Shown here: piece by piece, positions 1 to 24,000 of the stretch
Numbering within the stretch: position 1 is the first letter of the stretch
Layout of the letters: every line of letters begins with the position of its first letter
Source: the human T2T-CHM13v2.0 reference genome, Homo sapiens
Assembly (NCBI RefSeq): GCF_009914755.1
Contig: NC_060943.1
Length of the DNA: 64,000 nt
Strand: one strand, 5' to 3'
Program-made: the position numbers and the translations under genes
The notes under the pieces: generated by a model
Database searches by the model: none
Told to the model about the DNA's origin: nothing
Seen by the model: only the letters and a program-made list of their open reading frames with translations

Positions 1-448
1 AGGAGGCCGAGCAAGCTGGGTGCCCTTGAGAGACAGGCCCAGGCAGGGCTGTGGCCACAGCAGCCCTGGGGGCTCCCCAGCGAGGTGGAGGCAGAAGTTC
101 CAGGAGCCTGGGAGCCACCCAGGGCAAGGAGTGACCCTGGAAGCCATCCAGCCTCCTGGAAAGTGGAAGTGGTTTAAAAACACAGTGGGCTTTTCCGGTT
201 GCTAGTAACACATAGAATTACAGAGTTCACGTTTTAGTCCCAGACGGGAGACTGAGGCTCGAGACTGAGGAAGGCATCTGCCGTCCGGGGTTGGAGCTCC
301 TGAGGACCAACACCTGCTCAGCGGCTCGGCCCCTGGTCTCCCTGAGATGCTCAGGCCGGAGAGAAGCGGGATGATGGTTCCAGAGCGTCCTCCTCCAAGT
401 CTCCGAGGCCCCAGCGGCGGTTCGGGCACCGGGAGACCCGCGGGGCTC
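1..448 (-). other. MOB3A: MOB3A 3'UTR (partial, continues past left edge)
   Basis: Lies downstream of the TGA at 451-449 in the terminal exon; no poly(A) signal seen in the window. Confidence 0.85.
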
Positions 449-6102
<5,654 letters not shown>

Positions 6103-6429
6103 AGTGGCAGGGTTCAAAACATCCCCTGGACTTTTGACTTTAAGGAGTTTCACCCAAAGGGGGCCACCTCCTCAGTGGACAGAAGAGAACTGCGCGTGGC
6201 GAGGCCTGACCGATTCACAGCAGAAGGTGCGCAGAGCCGGGCCCCAAGAGCCCGCAGGGGCCGCATCTTCCCCGGTGCCGATGCCTGGCCCGGACCTAGA
6301 CTTGCTGCTACCCAGCACTGTGGGGCTTGAGTGTGGGGCAGGCTGAGATGCCGGTCACAGGGGACTGCATGGCCGGACTACGGCCTCCACAAAGGAAGCC
6401 ACACCGCAATGCCCGCAGCCTGTGCATGG

Positions 6430-6770
6430 CAGCCTAGGTGGAAGAAGGTCTCAAGGGACGTCATCTTGGATTCCTTGGGTGGCCCCACAGTCAGTGACAA
6501 ACATCCTCAGGAGTGAGGCAGATACGGGGGAGACGGCTGTGCGAGGATGCAGGCAGAGATGGGGGTGCTGCTTCCACAAGCGAAGGGTCGCCCAGGATGC
6601 TGGCCACCGCCAGGAGCAGAGAGAAGCCTGGCAGATGCCCCTCGGCCTCAGAGGGACCCAGCCCCGCCCACACCTTCGTCTCAGACGTGCAGCCCCAGAA
6701 CTGAGAATGAGTCCCTATCGTGTCAGCATTCTCCCCATGTTGCTGTGCCCAAGTCACTGGTCACTGGGTC
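6430..6770 (+). mobile_element. MLT1-like (ERVL-MaLR) LTR remnant
   Basis: GGCAGAGAT.GG.GTG.TGC..CCACAAGC.AAGG...CCAGAACTG.GA motifs typical of MLT1. Confidence 0.55.
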
Positions 6771-7395
6771 AGGGACCCCACGATTGGGTGACCCCTCTTC
6801 CCTTGATTTCATCCACAAAGACCCCCTTCCAGGTCGGGTCACATGGCGAGATGCCGGGTGATTCCAGGGGCAGCTGTCCACCCCAAGGCACCGTATAAAT
6901 GAGGAAGCCTCCAGGAGCCGGCCCAAGTCTCATGCACGCCTGAGCGGTGACTTGTGAGACACCCACGGGTTGCTCTGGGGTGGGGACCCGGCGTCCTCCT
7001 ACTCCCCTGAGAATTCTCAGGGGACAGAGACAGAGTCCATCCCGCACAGGGCGGAGGGGCGACCTGGATCACACACCGCGCGTGTGCCGGGCTCACGCTC
7101 ACCACGCAGGGCCTGTCACCGCCAACACCGTTATTGTCACTGCCAGGACGCCGGCACCGTGGCAGGCCCAGAGTGGATGCAGACCCCACCCTGCTCTGCT
7201 GGGTGCACCTTCTGGACGGGCAGAGACTTGACTGTGACACTTGGGGCAAGGCCCACGCAGGGTGCTGGGCAGGGCGGGGGTCCTCACCACAGCATGAAGA
7301 GGACCCAGCAGAAGGGGGAGTCAGAGAGGGGAGAGGGAGTGAGGCCCACACATGCCCAGGCCTCCTGGGCTCCACGCAACGCTCACAAGTAATAA

Positions 7396-7656
<261 letters not shown>

Positions 7657-8255
7657 TGACCTCATCTGATCCGCCCACCTTGGCCTCCAAAGTGCTGGGA
7701 TTGCAAGCGAGCACCACCGCGCCCGGCTGTGTTGCTGTTGCTTGTGACGAAGTCCTGTCTTGTGTCTCATCCCTCACGATACATGACTGGGCGAGTGTTT
7801 GGGGCTGCCATCACAAATCACCACAAATTTCAGGCTGAAAACAACACCAATCTAGCACGGGGAAGCTCTCAGCTGTTGGGAATGGATCCTGCAGGGCTAA
7901 ATTTAAGGTGTGGACAGGCCGGGTGCAGTGGTTCACACCTGTAAGTACTTTGAGAGGGTGAGGTAGGTAGATGGCTTGCGTCCAGGAGTTTGAGGTCAGC
8001 CTGAGCAACATGGCAAGACCTCGTCTCTACAAAAAAATTTAAAAATTAGCTGGGTGTAGTGGCGCATGCCTGTAATCCCAGAACTGAGGTGGGAGGACTG
8101 TTTGAGCCCGGGAGTTCGAGGCTGCAGTGAGCCTCGAACCCCAGCCTGGGCAACAGAGTAAGACCCTGTCTCAAAAAATAAAAAATAAGGTGTGAGCAGA
8201 GCTGGATCCTTCTGGAGGCCCCAGGGCTTAGGGTTAGGGTACCCCCCAACAGTCA

Positions 8256-9025
<770 letters not shown>

Positions 9026-9289
9026 TCACAAGGGAGCCCCTGGTGAGGACCGGCTGGGGGACACTGCTCAGGGCAGCCTGGGCACAGGTGGCAGGAGGAC
9101 TTGAGTCCCACCCACGCTGCAGTGACCAGAAAGGCCTGAACTTCCCCAGCCCATCCTGGGGCCCTTAGCCACCATCGTCACTTCCTGCCACCAGGGTTAA
9201 CACCCAACTAGGAACTTGAACTTTTCATCTGCCTGGGACAAAAACCCTGTCTCCACTTTACAGATGAGAAAACCAGGGCCCAGAAAACC

Positions 9290-9494
9290 AGGCCTCTAAC
9301 CCCTGGCTCTGTGGACATCGGGGTTGGATCGTTCTCTGGGGTGGGGCCGTCAGGGGCACTGCAAGGTGCTGAGCGGCATCCCTGGCCGCCGCCCCTCCCT
9401 GCCAGGAGCTCCCCCAAGTTATGACAACCACAGATGTGCCCAGACATCACCCAGTGTCCCTTTGGGTTAAGATTAGATCGCCCTGGGTGAGATC
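9290..9494 (-). mobile_element. MER20-like hAT DNA transposon copy
   Basis: GACAACCA.A.ATGT..CCAGACAT..CC.AGTGTCCC motif of MER20. Confidence 0.7.
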
Positions 9495-10810
9495 GTGGCT
9501 CAGATGATTATGACTGATTCTACAGCAGTGTCTCACGCCACAGAGCTAGTGGGTGGATCGGCTGGGGCTCGAACCCTGGACTCTGTGGGTGGATCGGCCG
9601 GGTCTCGAACCCTGGACTCTGTGGGTGAAGCCACCACTCTTTCTGCCCCACAACTCCCTAAATTCAGCAACTCTCAGGGATGCAGGCAGCCGTCTGATCA
9701 CAAGCCTAGTGACACACGCTTCCCGGGCCAGCGCTGCTCCACCACGGGGCCCCTCCACTGCCTAGCAGAGCCACGTGGATGCTCCAAGTCCAGGGACTGC
9801 TGACCCATCTTGGTTTTGCTCGGCGGGGCACAACCCCAGGGTCACCACACAGGTCCCCCCGCTTGCTTCTCTTCCATTTTTAGAGACAGGTTCTCGCTCT
9901 GCTGCTCAGGCTAGAGTGCAGTGGCAGGATCATGGCTCACACTTCAGCCTCGACCTCCTAGCTCAAGGGATCCTCCTGCCTCAGCCTCCTGAGTAGCTGG
10001 GACCACGGGCACTCACTGCCATAATTTTTTATAATTTTTTCACCACCAGTTAATTTTTTGTTGTTGTTGTTGTATTTTTTGTAGAGACGGGAGCTCACTA
10101 TGTTGCCTAGGCTGGTCTTGAACTCCTGGACTCAAGCGATCCATCCGCCTTAGCCTCTCAAGGGGCTGAGATCACTGGCGTGAGCCACTGTGCCTGGCCA
10201 CCCCTGCCTGCTTCCCAAGGAAGGAGTAATCCCGCAGCCCAGCCTCAGACCCTCCCTGGGAAGCCCCTGATTCAAAGAGGCCACCTCTGTGCTTATGGTA
10301 TCCCCCGGGGCCGGGGAGCCCGGGACGCATCCACGCTGTGGCTGAGCAGGTGGGAGCTGTTGGGGGGGACCTGAGGCCCTTCGCCAGTGACAGCTCAGCA
10401 CCCCAGAGCCCTGCACCTGCCCCAGTGATGAGCTCTGCAAGCCACACCTGCCCTCAGGCCACACCACCTGCAGCACAAGATCAATAAATCCCCTCAGGAG
10501 AAGGGAAAATGCCGGCCACCTCCAGGCCATGGTCCGCCTGGCACTGAGCGAGATGCTCCTCCACGCTGGGAATCAATCACCTCAGTCCCCACATGCCTGT
10601 CTAGATGGGGCGAGTGCAGGCCCCACTTTACCAAAGAGGAAACCGTGCAGGCGAGCAGATCCCCATCCACCCAGCCAGGCCCACTCACCTCCCTCCTCCC
10701 CGTTTCCGCTTCACATCTGGGCCGACTCACAGCCAACTTTCCAACTCCAACAGAAATCACAGCACAGAGCAAAACCCAACCTGCCACAGCCTGGTGCTGC
10801 CGTTTGTTGA

Positions 10811-11397
<587 letters not shown>

Positions 11398-11493
11398 CTA
11401 GCCGGGTGTGGTGGCATGTGCCTATAATCCCAGCTACTCAGGAGGCTGAGGCAGGAGAATCGCTTGAACCCAGGGAGGCGGAGGCTACAGTGA

Positions 11494-11922
<429 letters not shown>

Positions 11923-12227
11923 TGAGCCACCGTGCCCGGCCTAGTTTTTTTTTTATTTAGAGACAGGGGTTTCACCATGTTGCCTAGGCTGCTCTCCAAT
12001 TCCTGGCCTCACGCAATCCTCCCACCTCAGCCTCCCAAAGTGCTGGGATTACAGACGTGAGCCACCATGTCCGGCCCGAGCAAAGCGTTTTCTATCAGGA
12101 ACAAACACAGGCTCCTTGGCGGAGGGGTGATTGGCCACAGAAAGGGGTCTTTTCCAAAGAAAGGCCGGGGTGGCCTCGGGACCCTGACTCCCGCCCTCGT
12201 TGTCCCCTGAGGCCGGGGGCAGGTTAC

Positions 12228-12381
12228 CGTGTCTGGGGCTCCCTCCGCTCTGCTCTTCTCGGATTCCTCCAGGAACAGTGGAGAAGACAAGGCAGGAATC
12301 AGCTCTCAGAATTCCACACCAAGGCCTTCTGGGCTCCCCCGGTCTTCCCACGGACGAGACACAAGTGACCCTTGGAAACTT
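12228..12381 (-). other. MOB3A: MOB3A non-coding 5'UTR exon (154 nt)
   Basis: Strong pyrimidine-rich acceptor (catttcacctttcatttctctAG|) and donor ACG|GTAACC in a unique-sequence island between Alus; consistent with the recalled gene structure. Confidence 0.7.
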
Positions 12382-12799
12382 CTAGAGAAATGAAAGGTGA
12401 AATGACAAATTCCCCTGCTGCAACACTTTTTTTTTTTTTTTTTTTGAACAACACAGTTTCTCTAAGCAACCAACTGGTATGACCCCTCCCCCACCGAGGT
12501 GTAGCAGCTCACGGACCACAGTCACCCACTTCCTTCCGGAGGTTTCCACATCCTGCCACTGCCTCGGGGACCGCTGCCCCAGAGCACGGGAGGCGCCTGA
12601 GAGACAAGCCCTGAGTGGAGAAGTCAGTTCCATATGTTCTAGGTCAGTGCACAACACTGGCTCCCGGCCTGGCAGCCCAGCCCTCATACTTGGCTGGAAG
12701 ATGCTCCCAGCCCAGAATCTGTCCTGCTAAAAAAGGCGCTGGGCGCGGTGGCTCACGCCTGTAATCCCAGCACTCTGGGAGGCCGAGGTGGGCGGATCA

Positions 12800-13096
<297 letters not shown>

Positions 13097-13112
13097 TTAT
13101 TTATTTTTTTGA

Positions 13113-13271
<159 letters not shown>

Positions 13272-13438
13272 TAGTAGAGGTGGGGTTTCGCCATGTTGGC
13301 CAGGCTGGTCTCGAACTCCTGACCTCAAGTGATCTGCCCACCTCGGCCTCCCAAAGTGCTGGGATTACAGGCGTGAACCATAACGCCCAGCCTCTGAGTG
13401 TTTATTTTTACTTTTTTATTTTTATTTTTTTGAGGTGA

Positions 13439-13540
<102 letters not shown>

Positions 13541-13863
13541 TAGCTGGGATTACAGACACACGCCACCATGCCTGCCTAATTTTTGTATTTTTAGGAGAAA
13601 CTGTTCCACCATGTTGGCCAGGCTGGTCTCAAACTCCTGACCTCAGGTGATCTGCCCACCTCGGCCTCCCAAAGTGCTGGGATTACAGGCGTGAGCCAGC
13701 ATGCCTGGCCTGAGGGTTTACTTTTAAACGTTACAACTGCTCCTGGTGCTGGTAGGCCACCCTCACTCCTGCTGGAGGATGGCTGCGTCTTCCCTGATCA
13801 CCCAGGCGTGCATCCTGTCACTGTTTTGTGCTTTTGTCTGGTTTACATTTTTGTTTTTTTTAG

Positions 13864-13968
<105 letters not shown>

Positions 13969-15101
13969 TGAGTAGCTGGGACTACAGGCACACAACACCA
14001 CACCTGTATAATTTTTGTATTTTTGTAGAGATGGGGTCTTGCTATGTTGTCCAGGCTGGTCTTGAGCTTCTGGAGTCAAGCGATCTTCCCACCTCAGCCA
14101 CCCAAAGTGCAGGGATTACAGGTGTGAGCCACTGTGCCTACTGCATCTCTGACTTCTCTCGTGGGAAAGCAGACAGGCAGGAAGCAAGGCCTGCCCAGGC
14201 CCCTCTGGGCCAGGTGCTATCGAGGGCTTAGCATACTGTCCTAATTCTCCTGATAGTCTTTTCTTCTGTTTTTAGATTGACATATGACTCACATCCCACA
14301 CGTTTTAACCTTTTCAGTTACAGTTCAGGAGTACAGTTACGTGACTCCTGGCACGTTTGGCGTTGCGCAAACACCACCTTTATCTAATTCCAGAACACTT
14401 TCCTCACCCCTAAAAGAAGCCCTGGCCAGCTGCAGTGGCTCACGCCTGTAATCCTGGCACTTTGGGAGGCCAAGGCAGGAGGACTGCTTGAGGCCAGGAG
14501 CTCAAGACCAGCCTGGGCAACATAGTGAGACCCATCTCTGTACGAAATAGTTAAGAAATTAGCCAGGCATGGTGGATGTGCCTGTATAGTCCCAGCCACT
14601 TGGAGGCTGAGGTGGGAGGATTGCTTGAGCCCAGGAGATCAAGGCTGCAGTGAGCTATGATTGTGCCACTGCACTGCAGCCTGGGGGACAAAGTAAGACC
14701 CTGTCTCAAAACAAAGCTAAGATCGTGTCACCTAGGGGACAGTTACAGTGATGAGACGTCACGGACACCTGTGGTGCCTGCTTCAGAGGACTCAGCCCAA
14801 AGTTTCAAGAGACAAGAGACCAAGTGTCAGAAAGAGGAAGCCACAGGGAGGAACGCCCCAAGCTACCATCCCAACCCAGGGCCACACTGCTTTCACGGAA
14901 CTTTTTCCTAACCCAGGGCCGCAGGATCTGGGCTTGACTGGGCACCACCGACTTGGCACCGCCTTCTTGGCCTCCTGGATGGCTTCAGTCTGAACGCGGG
15001 GGCAGGAGCCATGCTCTGAGCCCGCCCAGTGGGAGCCAGGGGCCCACCCCAGTCTCGCCTCCTCGTGGCCACTGTGAAGAGCTCTCAGCCACACTCAGCT
15101 G

Positions 15102-15512
<411 letters not shown>

Positions 15513-15839
15513 TAATTTTTCTATTTTTTTTCTTTTTTGAGATGGGGTCCCGCTGTGTTGCCCAGGTTGGAGTGCAGTGGTGCGATCTTGGCTCACTGCA
15601 ACCTCCGCCTCACGGGTTCAAGGATTCTTCTGCCTCAGCCTCCTGAGTAGCTGGGACTACAGGTGCGCACCACCACACCCAGCTAATTTTTTTTGTATTT
15701 TTAGTAGAGACGGGGTTTCACCATATTGGCCAGGCTGGTCTCCAACTCCTGACCTCATGATCCGCCCGCCTCGACCTCCCAAAGTGCTGGGATTACAGGC
15801 ATGAGCCACCACACCCGGCAATTTTTGTATTTTTTGTAG

Positions 15840-15968
<129 letters not shown>

Positions 15969-16414
15969 TAATGAGTAATTTTTACAAATTGCCAACCTCA
16001 CCACTAGTTAGTACACAGTGACTGTAGTTGTCAGAGGCTCAAACGTGTATCTGGCCATCCGTGTTTCTCCTGCTTTCTGGGGAGCACTTCCCTACGCACT
16101 CATAAACTAACCCTACAGGGGTTCATGCCGCAGCCCTGTGAGGCTGGCAGGGCAGGCTGAAAGCGAATGCTCTCATTCCTGCTAAGTGATGGTGGACCTT
16201 TGCTGTCATTAGTAAACAGGCCTGGCATTTGCTGGGGCCCTGGAGGACCTGCTCTCGTGAAACTCATCATTTCCTGGCTGGCGGGAGGGGCTCACCCGTG
16301 CTGCACGTCCAGAAGCTGAGGCCAGTTGCCTCGCCTGAGGGTGGGAGGTAAAAGGTACAAGTCTGGGCTTGAACTCAGATCCTTCAATTCTGAATCTGCT
16401 GCGTCTGCCACTAG

Positions 16415-17625
16415 GGCAGCGTTTCCACTCTCTGCACTGTGGACATCGGCGTGGGTCACTCTCTGGGGAGGGGCCATCCTGGGCACTGCAGGGTGCTGAG
16501 CAGCGTCCCTGGCCTCCACCCACTCCATGCCAGGAGCACCCCCAGTCATGAGAAAAACACAAATGTCCCAGACTTGGCCCAGTGTCCCCTGGGGGCAGAA
16601 TTACCCTCAATTGACACCTCTTGGGTTAGGGGATTCCACGGACCCCCAAGAGACTCCGTGGCCCATGATCCTCTGCTCTGCTGAGGTCCCAGGAGGCTAC
16701 ACACATTGAAATCCACAGAGGGGGAGAGGAAGAGAATCCCAGGAGCTGAGGTCCCCTGGTTTACACCGTCTGCCATATTGGGAGTTTATTCTGGTGTCTG
16801 GTGTGAGCAGGGAGCAGACTTGATTTTTTTTTCCCAAATAACTAATGCAGTCCCCCACTTGGCATTCAGGGCTGGATCCTTCTCTGGGTGAGTTTGTCCT
16901 GGGCACTGCAGGTGCTGAGCAATGTCCCTGGCCTCCACCCACTCCATGCCAGGGGCAGCCCCTCCTCTAGTTGTGACAAACACAAATGCACCCCCCGCAC
17001 TGCCCCGTATTTCCAAGTCCCCTGGGGGCAAAACTGCCCTGGGGCAAGACCTCAGCTAGATTGGCAGCTTCCCCTCTGATCTAATCTACCAGGGACTCCA
17101 CTGAGGGGATTCTGGGGGCCCCGATACCCGATCCATCTTAGCCCAGCCAAGTCCGCATCCCCAGAGCTCCGCAGCTGCCAGGCGCTTCTGAAACCAGCAT
17201 CTGCAGCCCGGCAGAGCTGGCATGGTGACTCAGGCTGCCTTGGTTCTCCAGGGCACGTAGGGTGCGACTCCCCACCCAGGTGTCCCAGCTCAGCCCATCC
17301 CTTTGTCCCCGGTGGGAATTGTCTGTGCTTGGAGTGGCTCACACCCCCGACCACTTCCTTTTTCTTCTCATTTGCCTCGTGGCCCAGAGGATGTTGGCGG
17401 GCTGAGTCAGGGATAGACCACCCTGCCCCCTGCCCCCACAGGCCTGAACACGGTGAAGATTCTGCCCCTCAACACCGGACGATGTCTGGGGACATCTGTG
17501 GTTGTCAGGTTTTGGGGGAACTCCTGGCATGGAGTGGGTGGAGGCCAGGAACGCTACTCAGCACCCTGCAGTGCCCAGGACACTCCACCCCAGAGAATGA
17601 CTCAATACCCAGGGGGAGACCCTGG
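16415..17625. mobile_element. Three MER20-like copies (~16415-16622-, 16850-17055-, 17445-17625+)
   Basis: Same motif set as the copies at 9.3 and 15.1 kb. Confidence 0.7.
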
Positions 17626-17648
17626 CCCCAGCCCCACACAGGAAGTAA

Positions 17649-18042
<394 letters not shown>

Positions 18043-18319
18043 TTAAAACTAATAAGCTGAATATAAAGCTCTGCATTAAAGCCAGAAGACCTAAGAGAAA
18101 ACCCACAACCTGTGGGGAAGAAAAGGGAGGGAAACCTCCGTGAAACTGACCCCTGCAGTAAGTAACCCTACAACCAAGATTCCAGTGCCGGCTGCTGGCC
18201 AGATCAGGGGAACACGCGCTTCCTGCAGAGTCATTCCCAAGCCCATCTGGCTGGAAAGAAAAGCCTTAAACTTGAGCCAAAACCTCTCAACCCAGAGGAG
18301 ACTTCTCATCCTTGTGTAA

Positions 18320-19648
<1,329 letters not shown>

Positions 19649-19917
19649 TAAAACACCAAAAAATTAGCCGGGCGTGGTGGCGCATGCCTGTAATCCCAGC
19701 TACTCAGGAGGCTGAGGCACGAGAATCTCTTGAGCTCAGGAGGCGGAGGCTGCAGTGGGCCCTGGTTGCGCCACTGCACTCCAGCCTGGGCAAGAGAAAC
19801 TCCATCTCAAAAAAAAAAAAAAAAAAAAAAAGGAAAAGGGAAGAGGCCAGGCATGGTCCCCAGAAGGTATTGTGTCAAAGTCTGAAAGAAAACCCAAGTT
19901 CAGCTTTCTTTTGTGTG

Positions 19918-20574
<657 letters not shown>

Positions 20575-20967
20575 TGTATTTAGTAGAGATGGGGTTTTGC
20601 CATGTTGGCCAGGCTGGTCTTGAATGCCTGACCTCAGGTGATCTGCTCTCCTCGGCCTCCCAAAGTGCTGGGATTACAGGTATGAGCCACCCGCACCTGG
20701 CCAGCACATCCCAATTCGGACCAGCCACATTGCAAGGCCTCCACAGCCACAGGTAGTAAGCTCAGCTCCAGAGTTAAAAGAGAAAAATCAACCTGTGGAA
20801 AGAGAGGGAGCTGGGAAGGGTGCAGTGGAACGGGTGTTGCTTGAGGTGGGTGCCTGTGTCGTCCCTGGGGAAAGGGAAACACATCCAGGGGGTCCGGAGG
20901 ACAGGGACGTGACATGCTGGGATTTCACTTTCTTAGTTCTCACTCTGTAATCGGTAGATCTCAGTGA

Positions 20968-21338
<371 letters not shown>

Positions 21339-21735
21339 TGATCCACCCGCCTCAGCCTCCCAAAGTGTTGGGATCACAGGCACGAACGACTGCGCCGGGC
21401 CACCCTCTTGCACTTCTGAAACAACCAGCAAACCAACCAACCGAACAAATAAACATCCAGCTTCCCCTACATGAAAGCAAGACCAGGCCTGGAAAGGAAG
21501 TGAATCCAGGAGAACAGAAACGGAAGGTGGGTTTTGTCTCACGGGTCAAAACCTAGATCATCCCACACACGCAGGGAAATGAATGACTAGTTCCTCAAGG
21601 CATCACTGTGGGCTCTGACGGCTCCAGCCTTCAGCAGCTCCTCAGCTTTGCGTCCCAGCGCCTCTTCCGTAAAAGGGAAGCCCCTGTGACTGCGTGATGC
21701 ACAAGAAGGAAGGCGGTCTTGGGACCACGGCCTAG

Positions 21736-22008
<273 letters not shown>

Positions 22009-22119
22009 TGAGGTCAGGAGCTCAAGACCAGCCTGGCCAACATGGCGAAACTCCGTCTCTACTAAAAGTACAAAAATTAACTGGGTGTGGTGGTTGGCGC
22101 CTGTAATCCCAGCTACTCA

Positions 22120-22368
<249 letters not shown>

Positions 22369-22578
22369 TCAGTGACTCCTAATAAAATGCACCCTCGCTT
22401 ACACTTTCTAGCCCCTCTTCGCTGCAGGGAGGAGGGGCAGCTTGTCCCTGGCGGGCGCCTCCTTCCGGGGTGGGGGGGCCCTGCCAGCGACTTTGGGGAC
22501 CCCGAGCAAGAAGGGCCTATTCGAAAGGGCCCGACCGCCGCGTTGGCTTGGGGATCCTGAAGCCCTGCAGAATTTTAA

Positions 22579-23345
<767 letters not shown>

Positions 23346-24000
23346 CCGCCGCACCGCCTCGCAGCCGCCGCGGAGGGACACGGCCGCGGGAACGCCCCAC
23401 ACGCATGCCCGACCGCACCCGCGGACCGGACCTACTTTCCTTAAAGGGCCCGGGGCTCCGCGCAGAAGCGGCGTGCAGGGGTCTCCCAGACTCGGTCCCG
23501 CGGGCTTTAAGGGGCCCGGGCGGCGAAGGCGCACGGAGCCAAGTTCCGGGCAGCAGCCCTGGGATGCCCTGAGCCGGGCCGGGCGGAGGTCTCCGTTGCC
23601 TAGCAACCGGGGCCGCGGCCTGTGGGCGGAGCCTGCACCGTGGCTGCGACACGGGGCGGGGCCTCAGCGGGAGCCGGCCGAGGAGCGGGCACCGGCCATT
23701 GGCACAGGCACGGGCCATTGGCGCATGCGTAGGGCGCGGCCTTGGGGCGGGGCCCACCCAGTGGCGGAGTCTTCTGAGGGGCGGGTCGTGGGCGGGGCCT
23801 GGAGGCGGAGCCGGCGCCGTCAGTAGTCGGCTGAGGACGGAGGCGGGGCTGGGCCTGGGATGGGGCGGGGCCTGCGCTGGTGGGGCGGGCGGGGGAGGAG
23901 ACACGGCCAAGCGCCCGAGTGGGGGCCGTTGGTTGGTGCGCGGCTGAAGGGTGTGGCGCGAGCAGCGTCGTTGGTTGGCCGGCGGCGGGCCGGGACGGGC

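Noticed and set aside
9549-9628. 36-bp tandem duplication
   Set aside because: Small local slippage in probable MIR-derived sequence with no sign of function.
23860-24000. In-frame upstream ATG extending IZUMO4
   Set aside because: Lies among GC boxes, probably upstream of the main TSS, and would bury the signal peptide starting at 24001.
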